DNA of 64,000 bases. Source: an uncultured bacterium. GTDB lineage: Bacteria; Fidelibacterota; Marinisomatia; Marinisomatales; JACNKV01. Numbering within the stretch: the first letter of the stretch is position 1; each line of letters opens with the position of its first letter. This document shows positions 39,208 to 50,250 of the stretch, in pieces. The position numbers were made by a program, and so were the translations under genes. The stretch is from assembly GCA_964388155.1 (NCBI GenBank), contig CAYLYH010000006.1:11350-75349 (forward strand). Reading direction: 5' to 3'. The notes under the pieces are model-generated. The model was not told the origin of the DNA. It did no database searches and saw nothing but the letters and a program-made list of their open reading frames with translations.

Positions 39208-40437
39208 CTACTCATACAGGTTAGTTTCTCCTTCGCTTTGCGCGACCACGACGGCACCAATACTGTCGCTTCCAACATTGACCATGGTTCGTGCCATGTC
39301 GAGCGGGCGGTCTACAGCCAGCATAGTCCCGACGATGAGTGCTGCCCCCGGATGATCTGCCAGTCCAACGGCTTCCAGGACGATAAATATCATCACAAGC
39401 CCGGCGGATGGAATTGCAGCTGCCCCGACTGATGCAAGAAATGCTGTAATGACAACCAATATCTGCTGGGTCAGAGAGAGGTCAAACCCAAGCGCTTGGG
39501 CGATGAACAGTACTCCGGCGCATTCGTAGAGTGCGGTACCGTCCATGTTGATGGTTGCACCCAATGGCAACACAAAACTGGATGTCTTATTTGAAACACC
39601 GCAGTTATTTTCCACACAATCCATGGTAACAGGAAGCGTTGCTCCGGATGAGCTTGTTGAAAACGCGGTGGCAAATGCCGGAGCCATTGCTTTCCAATGT
39701 TTTAGTGGGTTAATCTTCGTCATAAAATAAAATACAAGTGGTAAAACGATGAGAAAATGGATAGACAATCCAATGGCGATGGTGAGCATATATTTGCCTA
39801 CCGCTTGAAATAAATCAAATCCTGTGGATGCCACAGCGTTTGTAATGAGACCAAAAACTCCGATTGGCAAAAACCGAATGATACCATGGGTTAGAGCCAT
39901 CATCGCTTTAAATCCGGCATCGAAGAAATTCACAAGAACCTCTTTCGGCTTTCCGGTCAAACGTGTAATCGCAAACCCAAAAAGAATGCACCAGAAAATG
40001 AGTGCCAGTATATTTCCATCCGCTGCGGCTTGTATCGGATTTGTGGGAATCATTCGGTAAAAAATGTCCATGGGAGAATCCGGAGTGGAAAGAGTAGAAG
40101 GGTCAAATGAAGATTCCATTCCTTTTAAAGTTACACCTGCGCCCGGTTTTATCAGATTTGTGAGTGTGAGCCCAATTAAGATTGCGGACAAGGATGTGAA
40201 GAGGTAATATCCGAATGTTTTTGCTCCCATTCGTCCGAGAGTTTTACTGTCGCCAAGACTGGCAACACCACTGGTGATTGAAAAAAGCACCAGTGGAACA
40301 ATAATCATTTTCAGCAGACGCATAAAGATTGTTCCAAGAGGAGCGACAACTAATGAACGTTCCCCGAATGTAAGCGCAAAAAGGATGCCTAACCCCATTG
40401 CGATGAGGACTTGCCAGTGAAGTTTAAGTTTTATCAT
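39208..40437 (-). CDS. dicarboxylate/amino acid:cation symporter (DAACS family)
   Basis: 409 aa, polytopic. ATINMDGTALYE and VDRPLDMARTMVNVGSD are typical of the GltP/SstT family. Confidence 0.88.
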   Translation of the reverse strand: MIKLKLHWQVLIAMGLGILFALTFGERSLVVAPLGTIFMRLLKMIIVPLVLFSITSGVASLGDSKTLGRMGAKTFGYYLFTSLSAILIGLTLTNLIKPGAGVTLKGMESSFDPSTLSTPDSPMDIFYRMIPTNPIQAAADGNILALIFWCILFGFAITRLTGKPKEVLVNFFDAGFKAMMALTHGIIRFLPIGVFGLITNAVASTGFDLFQAVGKYMLTIAIGLSIHFLIVLPLVFYFMTKINPLKHWKAMAPAFATAFSTSSSGATLPVTMDCVENNCGVSNKTSSFVLPLGATINMDGTALYECAGVLFIAQALGFDLSLTQQILVVITAFLASVGAAAIPSAGLVMIFIVLEAVGLADHPGAALIVGTMLAVDRPLDMARTMVNVGSDSIGAVVVAQSEGETNLYE

Positions 40438-40535
40438 GTTTGTTCATCCGTTCCGTTTGGTGTGTTGATTCCCTTAATTTGTGAGCGTAATGGTTATGAG
40501 GATATCTTAATCCCTGCTGTAAATTATGATTCAAT

Positions 40536-41879
40536 TTAATCAATTTCAATTTCTTCGTGAAAATATTCCTTTGGCTTGTAAAATTTGACGACAAACAAAA
40601 ACAAGACTGCGGTAATCAGCATCGTCCCTGCGAAAAAGTTGAAATAAGATGCCCCTTCAAGTTTTGTTGTTCCATCCGGGTTTTGGATGAACGCATTTAC
40701 GATGGCTGTGAAAATATTTCCAAGAGAAATGGACAACATATATAATCCCATGATGAGAGATTTCATTGTTTTTGGTGCTTGAGTATACGAGAATTCTAAC
40801 GCTGTAATCGAGATGAGAACCTCCGCTGATGTGATGATAGCATAAGCGACGATCTGTCCAAAAATATTGGGAGTGCCGCCCGCATCAATTTGGGTTTGAA
40901 TCATGGCAATAAGGATAAAAGACGGAACGGCTAAGAACAAACCAAAGGCAATTTTGCGTAATGGAGTTACTTCAAAGAATCGTCCAAGGAAGGGATAAAG
41001 AAAATACGTGAAGATTGGGGCTGCAATTAAAATCATCATGGGATTAATGGCTTGAATTTGTGACGGTAGCCATTCAACTCCAAGCCACGTACGATCCATA
41101 TCCTGCGCTTGAATAACCCATGAGGATCCGGTTTGGTCATACAAAGACCAAAAAATAGCGACAAAAACATAGATTGTCATCAATCGAACTACAGCACTAA
41201 TCCCTTCACGGCTAAATGTTTCTTTTATGAATATTTTTCCACCGGGAGGAATATGAATGAATTTATTACGTCCCATCCAGAATATAATGGTTGCCAACAG
41301 CATAAGTCCGCCCGGGAGCCCAAATGCAAGGTGTGGTCCGTATCGATCCAATAAAAATGGTGTGAGTAGCGTAGATAAAAATGCACCAACATTGATCGTG
41401 ATGTAAAACCAGCTGAACACTTTTTCGAGGAGGAAGGAATTGGTTTTTCCAAACTGATCGCCTACATGGGCAGAAACGCAGGGTTTGATACCGCCTGCAC
41501 CGATGGCAATGAGGGTTAATCCGAGTGACAGACCAAACCGTGTTTCATCCATGGCAAGTGCTAAGTGTCCCAATACATACACGATGGATAAGAAAATAAT
41601 GGTTTTGTATTTCCCCAGAAAAACATCGGCTAAAATTGCGCCGATAATGGGTGTTAAGTACACGGCTGAAGTAAATACATGATACCAAAAAGTGGCATCT
41701 GAATTAGACATTGGAGATAAAACACCATCAGCTCCCATGAGGTAGCGCGTCATAAAAATGACTAAAATTGTTTTCATTCCATAGAAGCTAAATCGTTCGG
41801 CGAGTTCGTTTCCGATAATGTACGGTATTCCAAGCGGCATTCGTTTACTTGGGCGGGGAGCGGTAAGATATTTGGGCAT
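40536..41879 (-). CDS. proton-dependent oligopeptide transporter (POT/PTR2 family)
   Basis: GNELAERFSFYGM PTR2 signature, 12-14 TM helices, 447 aa. Confidence 0.88.
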   Translation of the reverse strand: MPKYLTAPRPSKRMPLGIPYIIGNELAERFSFYGMKTILVIFMTRYLMGADGVLSPMSNSDATFWYHVFTSAVYLTPIIGAILADVFLGKYKTIIFLSIVYVLGHLALAMDETRFGLSLGLTLIAIGAGGIKPCVSAHVGDQFGKTNSFLLEKVFSWFYITINVGAFLSTLLTPFLLDRYGPHLAFGLPGGLMLLATIIFWMGRNKFIHIPPGGKIFIKETFSREGISAVVRLMTIYVFVAIFWSLYDQTGSSWVIQAQDMDRTWLGVEWLPSQIQAINPMMILIAAPIFTYFLYPFLGRFFEVTPLRKIAFGLFLAVPSFILIAMIQTQIDAGGTPNIFGQIVAYAIITSAEVLISITALEFSYTQAPKTMKSLIMGLYMLSISLGNIFTAIVNAFIQNPDGTTKLEGASYFNFFAGTMLITAVLFLFVVKFYKPKEYFHEEIEID

Positions 41880-42131
41880 CAGTGTAGGGAGTAGTTAGTG
41901 GAGGGGAATAAGGATTGAAGCGTTAAGATTCAAAATCGATCATTATCAGAAAATCATCATTGAGTTCACTCCGAAAACTACGAATTAACACCAATTATCT
42001 CCGCAACAAATACGGGATGTAAACACGCTATTGATAAGTGCTGTCTTTAACAATATAAGAACTTATGATATTCAAAATATAGCATTTGTATCTTTCTGGA
42101 ATGGACTCATCATTTGTTTAATCTTCAATCT

Positions 42132-42791
42132 TCAATTCTTAAAGATCATTGCTTTTTCAAAACGATTTTCCGTACCGTTTCTCAGTCGTGATATATTACT
42201 TCTGTGTGTGAAGATAATAAACCAGGGAATAAATAGTGAGAAGACAAGCAGCGACAGCGGTGCTGGTTCTATCCCAAAAATGGGAGGAAGAATAAAAAGG
42301 AAGATGGGAAGAGATATCCCGGCGACCATGGAGCTTAGTGAAACATACCCAGTGAATATTAATGTTAAGACAAACGCCAGCAAACAAAGAGGGAATGCAA
42401 TAGGAAATAAAGCTATCAACATTCCTGCGAGTGTACCGACACCTTTTCCGCCCTTAAATCCGGCGAAAATTGTATACGTATGCCCCAATACCGCAGCAAA
42501 TCCGGCAAGTATTTGTACAACACCCTCATCAGGAATCGGGTGACCTTGAAAAAACGTTGTAGCAAAATAGGCGACAGGCAGCCACCCTTTAATAATATCA
42601 ATGATGGCGACGAGGAGAGCGGATTTCCATCCCAAAACACGATACACATTTGTAGCTCCGGCATTTCCGCTGCCATGGTCACGGATATCGATTCCGCGAG
42701 TTAGTTTTCCGGTAAGGATGCTGGTGGGAAAAGATCCGGTGACAAAACTTAAGGCAAGAAGAAAGAATAACTGTAACCATGAATTATCCAT
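42132..42791 (-). CDS. plsY: glycerol-3-phosphate acyltransferase PlsY
   Basis: GSGNAGATN and FKGGKGVGT motifs, 219 aa. Confidence 0.93.
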   Translation of the reverse strand: MDNSWLQLFFLLALSFVTGSFPTSILTGKLTRGIDIRDHGSGNAGATNVYRVLGWKSALLVAIIDIIKGWLPVAYFATTFFQGHPIPDEGVVQILAGFAAVLGHTYTIFAGFKGGKGVGTLAGMLIALFPIAFPLCLLAFVLTLIFTGYVSLSSMVAGISLPIFLFILPPIFGIEPAPLSLLVFSLFIPWFIIFTHRSNISRLRNGTENRFEKAMIFKN

Positions 42792-43401
42792 GTTTGTGCT
42801 CCTTTTTTAATGTAGATTGCCAAACATCATGCGTTGGCGGGGCAAGCATCCCACCTGAGATGACAATTTTTAATGCTTCTTCGATATTGGTATTTGCCGG
42901 AAGTGTATCATCTTTTGGAATCATAATAAAAACTCCGGATGTAGGGTTGGGTGTTGTCGGTACAAAAAGATGGTAATATTCGCGGTCATTTTTGTTAACA
43001 GAATCTCCGGTCACAAAAGCTAATGTCCATAACCCCTTCCTTGGGTATTGAATATACACTACGCTCTGAAAATTTCGATTTGTCGTTCCGGAGAGAGCTT
43101 GTGTAATTTGTTTTATCGTCTTGTAAATTGTGTTCACAAGCGGAATGGTTGTAATAATTTTTTCTGTCCAGACAAATAATTTTTTCCCAAGGATGTTTGT
43201 AACAAATAATCCCAACATATAAACAAGTGCTAAGGTTAATACCACACCGAGTCCTGGAATATTAAGATCAGCTTTGGTTAAAATGGGGTCGGTCAGCTTA
43301 TTCAAAAATGTGAATATAACTTTAAGGATGTAAAAGGTCAACGCCACCGGAGCAATAGCGATTAATCCGGTGAAAAATATTTTTTTAAGATGTTTCCACA
43401 T
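42784..43401 (-). CDS. DUF502-family membrane protein
   Basis: 205 aa with two N-terminal TM helices. The FVPTTPNPTSG motif is typical of DUF502. Overlaps the plsY start by 8 nt. Confidence 0.7.
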   Translation of the reverse strand: MWKHLKKIFFTGLIAIAPVALTFYILKVIFTFLNKLTDPILTKADLNIPGLGVVLTLALVYMLGLFVTNILGKKLFVWTEKIITTIPLVNTIYKTIKQITQALSGTTNRNFQSVVYIQYPRKGLWTLAFVTGDSVNKNDREYYHLFVPTTPNPTSGVFIMIPKDDTLPANTNIEEALKIVISGGMLAPPTHDVWQSTLKKEHKHG

Positions 43402-43447
43402 AATAGGTAATATCCATTTTTTATTGTTTATTTAGGTCGAAAAGTAC

Positions 43448-43942
43448 TCAAATTGCACCTTCTAATTCCAGTAAGAACATTTTACGTTCCAACCTTCCTC
43501 CGTATCCGCCCAAAGAACCGTCGTGTGCAATCACTCGGTGGCAAGGAATGATGACGGGAATCGGATTTTGTGCATTAGCGATTCCGACTGCACGTGCCGC
43601 TTTTGGATTTTGTATTCGTTTAGCAATTTCACCGTAAGAGGCTGTTTTTCCATAAGGAATATTTTGAACTTCTGTTAATGCTTTTAGGTAGAAAGCCGAT
43701 ATTTGTAAATCTAAGTTTAAATCAAATTGCCTGCGTTTTCCATCAAAATACTCTTTCAATTGTCGAATGCAATCCTGGAATGCCATTGGTTCTTGCAAAA
43801 CCTCTGTGTGAAACATCTTGCTCAATATTTGGTCAAAAGGGGCGTCTTCCGGAAAAAGAATACGACAAATACCGACATCACTTTTTGCAATAGCCATGTT
43901 TCCAAATGGTGAGGGGAAAACTGAATACGTAATTAATTTCAT
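43448..43942 (-). CDS. ogt: methylated-DNA--protein-cysteine methyltransferase
   Basis: Active site IIPCHRVI, YGEIA helix, 164 aa. Confidence 0.92.
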   Translation of the reverse strand: MKLITYSVFPSPFGNMAIAKSDVGICRILFPEDAPFDQILSKMFHTEVLQEPMAFQDCIRQLKEYFDGKRRQFDLNLDLQISAFYLKALTEVQNIPYGKTASYGEIAKRIQNPKAARAVGIANAQNPIPVIIPCHRVIAHDGSLGGYGGRLERKMFLLELEGAI

Positions 43943-43969
43943 TGGTACGAACTTAATATGTATTCGGAA

Positions 43970-44860
43970 TTATTCCGATGGAATACTTTTCTCCGGGAAG
44001 TTGATAATCAGTGCACCTCCAATAATCAAAATGGCTCCGATGATAGCCACAGAGGAAAGCACCTCCCCTAAAAAGATCCATCCGATGGTAATGGCAGCAA
44101 TCGGCGGAAAAAAAGCCACATACGATACTTGAGTGATGGTTAAGTGTGAAAATAGCCAAAAATAGATCAACCAAGTAATTACGGACCCGGGAATGGTTAA
44201 ATAGGTAATCGCAAGTAAATTATTTTGAGACCACACCATCGACTGTCCGGGCTCAAATAGGATGGACAGTAAAATGAGAATCAGTCCCCCGCCGGTTTGA
44301 CCGACTGCGTTAAGTTGGATAGTGTTCACCTCCTTGACATGTTTCTTCAAATTTACATTTGGAACAGAGGCAATTAACACTGAGATCATTAATGCGCCGA
44401 TTCCCAAAAACACATTATCACCACCAAATGCTTTTCCCTGAGTTAGAACAAGGACGGCTCCGATCGTCCCGATGAAGATGCTTAGAAACTTTTTTCGTGT
44501 AATCGGTTCTTCCGGTAATATTACGTGTGCGATACCGGCGATAGTTAAAGGAAAACCTGCCCAGATAATCGAAGAAACATTCGAGTAAACAAACTGTGTT
44601 GCCCAATACGTAATGGCATAGGCGATGGAAAAGTTTAGAATTGCAAACTGAAGGTATAATCCTATCGCCTTACGGGATTTAGGAAGTTCTTCTTTACGGA
44701 TGAAAAATATGATCCAAAAGATTAGTCCCGCAATAAAGAAACGAAGTCCTGCACCAAGAAATGGAGGCATGCCCTCATTTAAACTGACTTTTATCGCAAA
44801 CCAGGTCGTTCCCCATAATATACAGAGGAGTGAATATGCGGAGTAAATTTTAAGCTTCAT
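43970..44860 (-). CDS. EamA/DMT-family transporter
   Basis: 296 aa, 10 TM helices, duplicated EamA-like halves. Confidence 0.8.
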   Translation of the reverse strand: MKLKIYSAYSLLCILWGTTWFAIKVSLNEGMPPFLGAGLRFFIAGLIFWIIFFIRKEELPKSRKAIGLYLQFAILNFSIAYAITYWATQFVYSNVSSIIWAGFPLTIAGIAHVILPEEPITRKKFLSIFIGTIGAVLVLTQGKAFGGDNVFLGIGALMISVLIASVPNVNLKKHVKEVNTIQLNAVGQTGGGLILILLSILFEPGQSMVWSQNNLLAITYLTIPGSVITWLIYFWLFSHLTITQVSYVAFFPPIAAITIGWIFLGEVLSSVAIIGAILIIGGALIINFPEKSIPSE

Positions 44861-44866
44861 TGGAAT

Positions 44867-44898
44867 AAAAAACGCCCTCCGATAATAGGAGGGCGTTT
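44867..44898 (-). terminator. rho-independent terminator after secF (minus strand: aaacgccctcc-tattatc-ggagggcgttt + TTTTTT)
   Basis: 11-bp perfect stem (44870-44880 / 44888-44898) followed on the minus strand by a T6 run. Confidence 0.85.
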
Positions 44899-44923
44899 GA
44901 ATGAGTTAAATGGTTCACCAAAG

Positions 44924-45856
44924 TTATTTTTCCACTTGCTTACTATGGAGATGTACAACAATTGGACTGGCAATATAGATGCTGGAATATGTTCCGACAA
45001 TAACGCCGACAATCATTGCGAAAGCAAACCCGTGAATAACCTCACCGCCAAAGAGCCACAAAATAAGCACCACAAAGAATGTTGTCAGCGATGTAATGAC
45101 AGTACGGCTTAATGATTCGTTGATGCTTTCGTCAACAATTCGCTCGTATGAATGGCTACGTTTTGCTTTTATGTTTTCGCGTATTCTATCAAAAATGACA
45201 ATGGTGTCATTGAGGGAATATCCGACAATCGTTAAAAATGCCGCCACAATAGAGAGGGAGATTTCATATCCAAAGATTGAAAACAGCCCGAGTGTAACAA
45301 GAATGTCGTGAGAAAGTGCCGCAATAGCACCTAACGCAAATTTGAATTCAAAACGAATGGAAATGTACAGCAAAATTAATCCTAATGCTGAAATGACCGC
45401 CATGACAGCTTTTCCGCTTAATTCAGATCCAATTTTCGGACCGACACGTTCTATCGTCAGAATAAAGTTTTTAGTGTCTGCGGGGACTTTATCGGGATAG
45501 GCATCGTAAAGGTGATTCACAACATCCTGTGCAAAATTTTCTGGTCTATCTTCATTATATGATAGACGAATTGAGATGTTTGACGGATCACCGAACTGTT
45601 TGATTTCATCTTTACTCAAATCAAAATGTTGCCCATTTACTGACACATCTGACAACGTATTTCGGACAGAGTTGATGTCCACCGCTTCTGTGAAATTTAC
45701 AGCGACCATCGTTCCGCCATTAAAGTCGATGCTTAATTTTGGACCGCCTTGATACATCAGAGACATAAGCCCGGCCAAAATTACAACGGTTGATAGAATA
45801 AACCCGAACCGTCGTTGATCCATGAATTTAATATGTGTTTCTTTAATAAGTCTCAT
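44924..45856 (-). CDS. secF: protein translocase subunit SecF
   Basis: 310 aa, six TM helices, FDRIRE motif, overlaps the secD stop. Confidence 0.93.
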   Translation of the reverse strand: MRLIKETHIKFMDQRRFGFILSTVVILAGLMSLMYQGGPKLSIDFNGGTMVAVNFTEAVDINSVRNTLSDVSVNGQHFDLSKDEIKQFGDPSNISIRLSYNEDRPENFAQDVVNHLYDAYPDKVPADTKNFILTIERVGPKIGSELSGKAVMAVISALGLILLYISIRFEFKFALGAIAALSHDILVTLGLFSIFGYEISLSIVAAFLTIVGYSLNDTIVIFDRIRENIKAKRSHSYERIVDESINESLSRTVITSLTTFFVVLILWLFGGEVIHGFAFAMIVGVIVGTYSSIYIASPIVVHLHSKQVEK

Positions 45857-47760
45857 ATGCTTAACCTCTGGAAACCTTTACGTTTTGCAAAGGAGTTGAA
45901 AATTGTTCGTGTTACAAATATAGCTGTAAACATGCTGATGATAATCCCCCAAAAGAGGACAGTTGCAAATCCACGAATAGGACCGGTTCCAAACTGATAC
46001 AAAACCAGAGCTGCGATAACTGTCGTGATATTTGCATCAATAATGGTCGTCAACGCTCGATCATAGCCACCATCAATTGCTGCTTTAGCTGTTTTTCCTT
46101 TTCGTAGTTCTTCTCGAATTCTTTCAAAGATAATCACATTGGCGTCGATGGACATTCCAACCGTCAGAATGAGTGCGGCGATGCCCGGGAGGGTTAACGT
46201 CGCTTGGAGAGAGGCCAGAACTGCCAGCACCAACAGAATATTCCAAATCAAGGCAAAGTCGGCGATGGTTCCGGATGTTTTATAGTAAATGAGCATGAAG
46301 ATTAGCACCAACCCAAGTCCAAAGAGAACAGAAAGCGTGCCCTGTCTAATAGAGTCCGCTCCAAGTGATGGTCCGACAATCCTCTCCTCAATGATATTGA
46401 CGGGAGCGGGAAGTGCACCGGCTCTGAGGACAATGGCAATATCTTTTGCTTCATCCATATTTTCAAAGCCTTCGATTTGCGTTCCACCTCGGGTAATCTT
46501 TTCACGGATATTGGGAGCCATGTGAACTTTTTTATCCAATACAATCGCGACGCGGCGACCGACGTTTGCGCCGGTGACTCGAGCCCATTGTTTGACACCG
46601 TCGCTGTTCATGCTTAGCAAGACAACCGGCTGCCCGGATGCACCGCCTACCTGGCTTCCAAGACGTTCTTTAGCTTCCTCAATAACCCCGCCGGTAATTT
46701 CCGGATCTTTTTCAAGGTGATATAGACTAAAAATCTTTTCTTCTCTTCCGTCGACATCCGTCAGAGACTCCGCTTCATCGGAAAACAGAAAAACGCCGTT
46801 TCCTGAGGTGAGTTTTGTCTTTATTTCCGGCATGTCCAAAATCTTTTTCACGGCGTAGACGTTTTTTTCGGGGACACCGATATTACCGGCATAGGTTCTT
46901 AATAGAGCGGAAAACGGACGTTCTTCAAAAAGTCGTTGATCCACAATGGCTGAACTTGTGTCGTCTTCAGTCTCTGATTCACCGAACAACTCACTGACAG
47001 AGACAGTCTTGTCGTCACTGACCGGCACGACTTCTTCAGGTTTGCTGTCAGTACTTTTGGTTTCATCTTCAGTAAGATCTTCAAGCTCTGTGTTGCCTTT
47101 AAGTATTTTATCGATTCGAATGAGTAGCTCATTGGTAAGTTCGGCGTTCTTTACAATGTAAAATTCTAATAATGCTGTACTTTGGAGTAGTGCTCGAGCA
47201 CGCTCCGGATCCTGTATTCCTGCAAGTTCGACGACGATTCGATGACTACCCTGCTTTTGGATTGTTGGCTCAGAGACACCAAATTGATCCACGCGATTTC
47301 GCAGGATTTCCAACACCCGATTAATCGCATCATCGGCTTCTTCACTTAGTCCGGCAACAATTTCATTGACACTTGAGCCATATTCATGGTAATACCGTGC
47401 CAATCTGAGTTCATGTTTTGAGGAAGCGATTGTAAATATATCAAAGAAATCAGCTTCGGGGATATCCATTTGAGATTTTACATCATCCAGTGCCCGATTA
47501 AATTTCCCGTCTTTATTGATAGCAAGATTTGTGACCAATATGGGTAAGTCAACTTCTAAAACGATGTACATTCCGCCTTTCAAATCCAATCCTTGCTTAA
47601 TGACTTTGGATTCCAAACTGTTGAAGGTACCTTTTTCTTTCATCTCCTCAATTTTGTCCTTGGACATCATTTGATATTGTACTGACGGCCAGAGAGCATA
47701 AATTGCCCAGGCGAGGATTAATGCAATGATAATATATCGTGGTGTAAGTTTTTTATTCAT
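45853..47760 (-). CDS. secD: protein translocase subunit SecD
   Basis: 635 aa. LDLKGG, periplasmic P1 domain, IIFERIREE motif. Confidence 0.93.
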   Translation of the reverse strand: MNKKLTPRYIIIALILAWAIYALWPSVQYQMMSKDKIEEMKEKGTFNSLESKVIKQGLDLKGGMYIVLEVDLPILVTNLAINKDGKFNRALDDVKSQMDIPEADFFDIFTIASSKHELRLARYYHEYGSSVNEIVAGLSEEADDAINRVLEILRNRVDQFGVSEPTIQKQGSHRIVVELAGIQDPERARALLQSTALLEFYIVKNAELTNELLIRIDKILKGNTELEDLTEDETKSTDSKPEEVVPVSDDKTVSVSELFGESETEDDTSSAIVDQRLFEERPFSALLRTYAGNIGVPEKNVYAVKKILDMPEIKTKLTSGNGVFLFSDEAESLTDVDGREEKIFSLYHLEKDPEITGGVIEEAKERLGSQVGGASGQPVVLLSMNSDGVKQWARVTGANVGRRVAIVLDKKVHMAPNIREKITRGGTQIEGFENMDEAKDIAIVLRAGALPAPVNIIEERIVGPSLGADSIRQGTLSVLFGLGLVLIFMLIYYKTSGTIADFALIWNILLVLAVLASLQATLTLPGIAALILTVGMSIDANVIIFERIREELRKGKTAKAAIDGGYDRALTTIIDANITTVIAALVLYQFGTGPIRGFATVLFWGIIISMFTAIFVTRTIFNSFAKRKGFQRLSI

Positions 47761-47891
47761 GTGTTTACCAGATTTTCAGTGTTAATAAAGCCGAGAAATA
47801 TAACCAACCTGTTGGTCGTCAGTCAATTTTTTATTCATAAAAATCTACACGTTTTTTTTATGACTTTAATTCCAATATTGCCGTGGCAAGT

Positions 47892-49133
47892 TTAGTATGA
47901 TGCAAACTGCATGATTATTCCGCAAATCCACGCGCCGTAGGTCCCGACGGCATATCCAAGTACTGCCAGTAAAACTCCGACCGGAGCTAGTGACGGATGA
48001 AACGCAGATGCCACAATCGGTGCAGACGCCGCACCGCCAACATTTGCTTGACTTCCGACGGCAAGAAAAAAGAAAGGAGCACGAATCCACTTTGCCACTC
48101 CGATGAGAATAAGGGCATGGATTGCCATCCAAATCATCCCGATTAGAAAAAATCCGGGGTTGTCGAAAATAGCTAAGAGGTCCATCTTCATTCCGATTGT
48201 TGCCACAAGAATATAGAGAAATACACTCCCGTATCGTGATGCACCCACACCTTCAAGTTTTCGAAATGGCGTAAAAGATAAAATGAGTGCAATGGTCGTG
48301 GCGAAGACAATTATCCAGAAAAACCCGGAGGTTAAACTAAACTTTTCTAAGTAGGATGCATTTTGTTGTATCCATGGAGCGATGATATCTGAAAGAAAGT
48401 GTGACACAGCGGTAACGCCAAACCCGACACCTACGACCGTAATCGCGTCGGTGAGATCGGGGATACGGGAGATTTCTGCCCGATAATCTTCAATTTTATT
48501 CTGCAGATGACTAATCGCAGAGGTGTCACCTTTTAACCAGGTATCCAATCGTGTGTGAATACCGGCTCCGTAGAGTAAAAACGCCATCCAAATGTTCGCG
48601 ACGACAACATCCACGGCAATCATGGCTGAAAACAATGGATCACTGACGTTAAAAACCTCTTTCATCGCCGCTTGATTGGCACCACCACCGATCCAACTTC
48701 CGGCGACGGTAGCCAGTCCGCGCCAAACCGCATCAGGACCTATGCCACCGACAATGCTCGGGGCAAAGTAAGACACAATTAAAATTGCCAGAGGACCGCC
48801 AATGATGATACCAAGCGTCCCTGCAAAAAACATGATAAGTGCCTTAGAGCCTAATTTTCTGATTTCCTGTAAATCAATACTGATTGTGAGCAAGACGAGA
48901 CTGGTGGGCAATAAATATCGGGAAGCGACAAAATACAGACGGGAGTTTTCTCCTGAGATAATTCCTGCTGAATTTAAAATTGACGGAATAAAATAACACA
49001 GGAGCAGTGTCGGGACATACGTGTAAAATTTCTTCCAAAATGGATGGGGGCTTTTTGATGTTCGGAAAACGAATATCAGGATACTCATTAGTATTCCCAG
49101 AACAACGGCATCATTTGTAATTAGTGGACTCAT
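47892..49133 (-). CDS. DUF819-like polytopic membrane protein (putative transporter)
   Basis: 413 aa with about 12 TM helices. The N-terminal ITNDAVVLGIL...FWKKFYTYVPTLLLCYFIPSILN resembles DUF819 as I recall it. Confidence 0.55.
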   Translation of the reverse strand: MSPLITNDAVVLGILMSILIFVFRTSKSPHPFWKKFYTYVPTLLLCYFIPSILNSAGIISGENSRLYFVASRYLLPTSLVLLTISIDLQEIRKLGSKALIMFFAGTLGIIIGGPLAILIVSYFAPSIVGGIGPDAVWRGLATVAGSWIGGGANQAAMKEVFNVSDPLFSAMIAVDVVVANIWMAFLLYGAGIHTRLDTWLKGDTSAISHLQNKIEDYRAEISRIPDLTDAITVVGVGFGVTAVSHFLSDIIAPWIQQNASYLEKFSLTSGFFWIIVFATTIALILSFTPFRKLEGVGASRYGSVFLYILVATIGMKMDLLAIFDNPGFFLIGMIWMAIHALILIGVAKWIRAPFFFLAVGSQANVGGAASAPIVASAFHPSLAPVGVLLAVLGYAVGTYGAWICGIIMQFASY

Positions 49134-49245
49134 CGTTTCTTTTTTAGTATGAATTACGTGTAAATTGTGAGCACGAATTTACAATGGATATTGAAACTAC
49201 TGTAGATACATTATTTGAAAAATTAAACAAAATGAAACAAACCTT

Positions 49246-50097
49246 ATGAATAATAACCTAATAATTCTTGCTGCCGGAATTTCTTCACGGATGAAAAAAT
49301 CTTCTGTAAAAGAGGACATGGATTCACAACTGATTGAGGAAGCAAATTTAAAACCAAAGTCGATGATTAGTGTCGGAGACGGTGGACGTCCGTTTATGGA
49401 TTACCTTTTGTTCCACGCTGCTGAAGCGGGCTATAAGCATGTGGTGATCGTGATTAATGAACGGGATAGGTTTACAGAACCTTATTATACAACTCACGAC
49501 ACATGGGGATTGGATATTCAGTTTGCACGACAGATGATTCCGAAAGGACGGTCTAAACCGTTAGGGACAGCAGATGCAGTATTACAGGGATTAATCGCTA
49601 AACCCGATTGGGCGCACAAAAAATTCACCATTTGCAATAGTGATAATCTATATTCTGTGAGCGCTTTTAAATTACTTCGGGAGGATACACATCTCTGTGC
49701 TATGATTGATTATGATCGAGATGGATTAGGTGTTGAGCCGGAACGGGTAAATGCGTTTGCTGTGATCTGGAAAGATAAAGATGGTTTTTTAGAAGATATC
49801 GTTGAAAAACCCGCGCAGGAAGATGTTGAGCGCTCCGCCGATGAAAATGGGCGTGTTGGCGTGAGTATGAATATATTTCGCTTGGATTATGATACCTGCC
49901 TTCCGGAATTGGAGAATTGTCCGCTTCATCCGACCCGGGATGAAAAAGAGCTCCCTACAGCCATCAGAATGATGATGAAGAAACATTCTCAAGCGATGTT
50001 TACAATTCCGGTATCAGAAAACGTTCCGGATTTGACCAGTAAAAAGGACATTTCCAACGTTAAGAAATATCTTGAATCTCTTAATATTGGACAATAA
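49246..50097 (+). CDS. sugar-phosphate nucleotidyltransferase-like protein
   Basis: N-terminal LAAGISSRMK (G-x-G-x-R) loop and KPLGTADA motif. Substrate unknown. Confidence 0.6.
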   Translation: MNNNLIILAAGISSRMKKSSVKEDMDSQLIEEANLKPKSMISVGDGGRPFMDYLLFHAAEAGYKHVVIVINERDRFTEPYYTTHDTWGLDIQFARQMIPKGRSKPLGTADAVLQGLIAKPDWAHKKFTICNSDNLYSVSAFKLLREDTHLCAMIDYDRDGLGVEPERVNAFAVIWKDKDGFLEDIVEKPAQEDVERSADENGRVGVSMNIFRLDYDTCLPELENCPLHPTRDEKELPTAIRMMMKKHSQAMFTIPVSENVPDLTSKKDISNVKKYLESLNIGQ

Positions 50098-50250
50098 TAT
50101 AAAATTTGATATTTGAGAACTAAGTTTTTGACTCTACTCTATTGCTAGCGGAGCTAACGTATCATAGTTGGATATTATTTCTGTAACGAATAACCACATG
50201 TAACATCAAATTAGTGGAATTCATAATAACATACATAAAGGAGACTCATA

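Noticed and set aside
42031-42543. 170-aa plus-strand ORF and other ORFs overlapping plsY
   Set aside because: They are antisense to plsY, which carries unambiguous SGNAGATN/FKGGKG motifs. The translations have no recognisable features.
49134-49245. Replication origin at the divergent strand switch
   Set aside because: The region is only 112 nt, with no DnaA-box clusters, no AT-rich unwinding repeats and no dnaA/dnaN nearby. It is an ordinary divergent promoter region.
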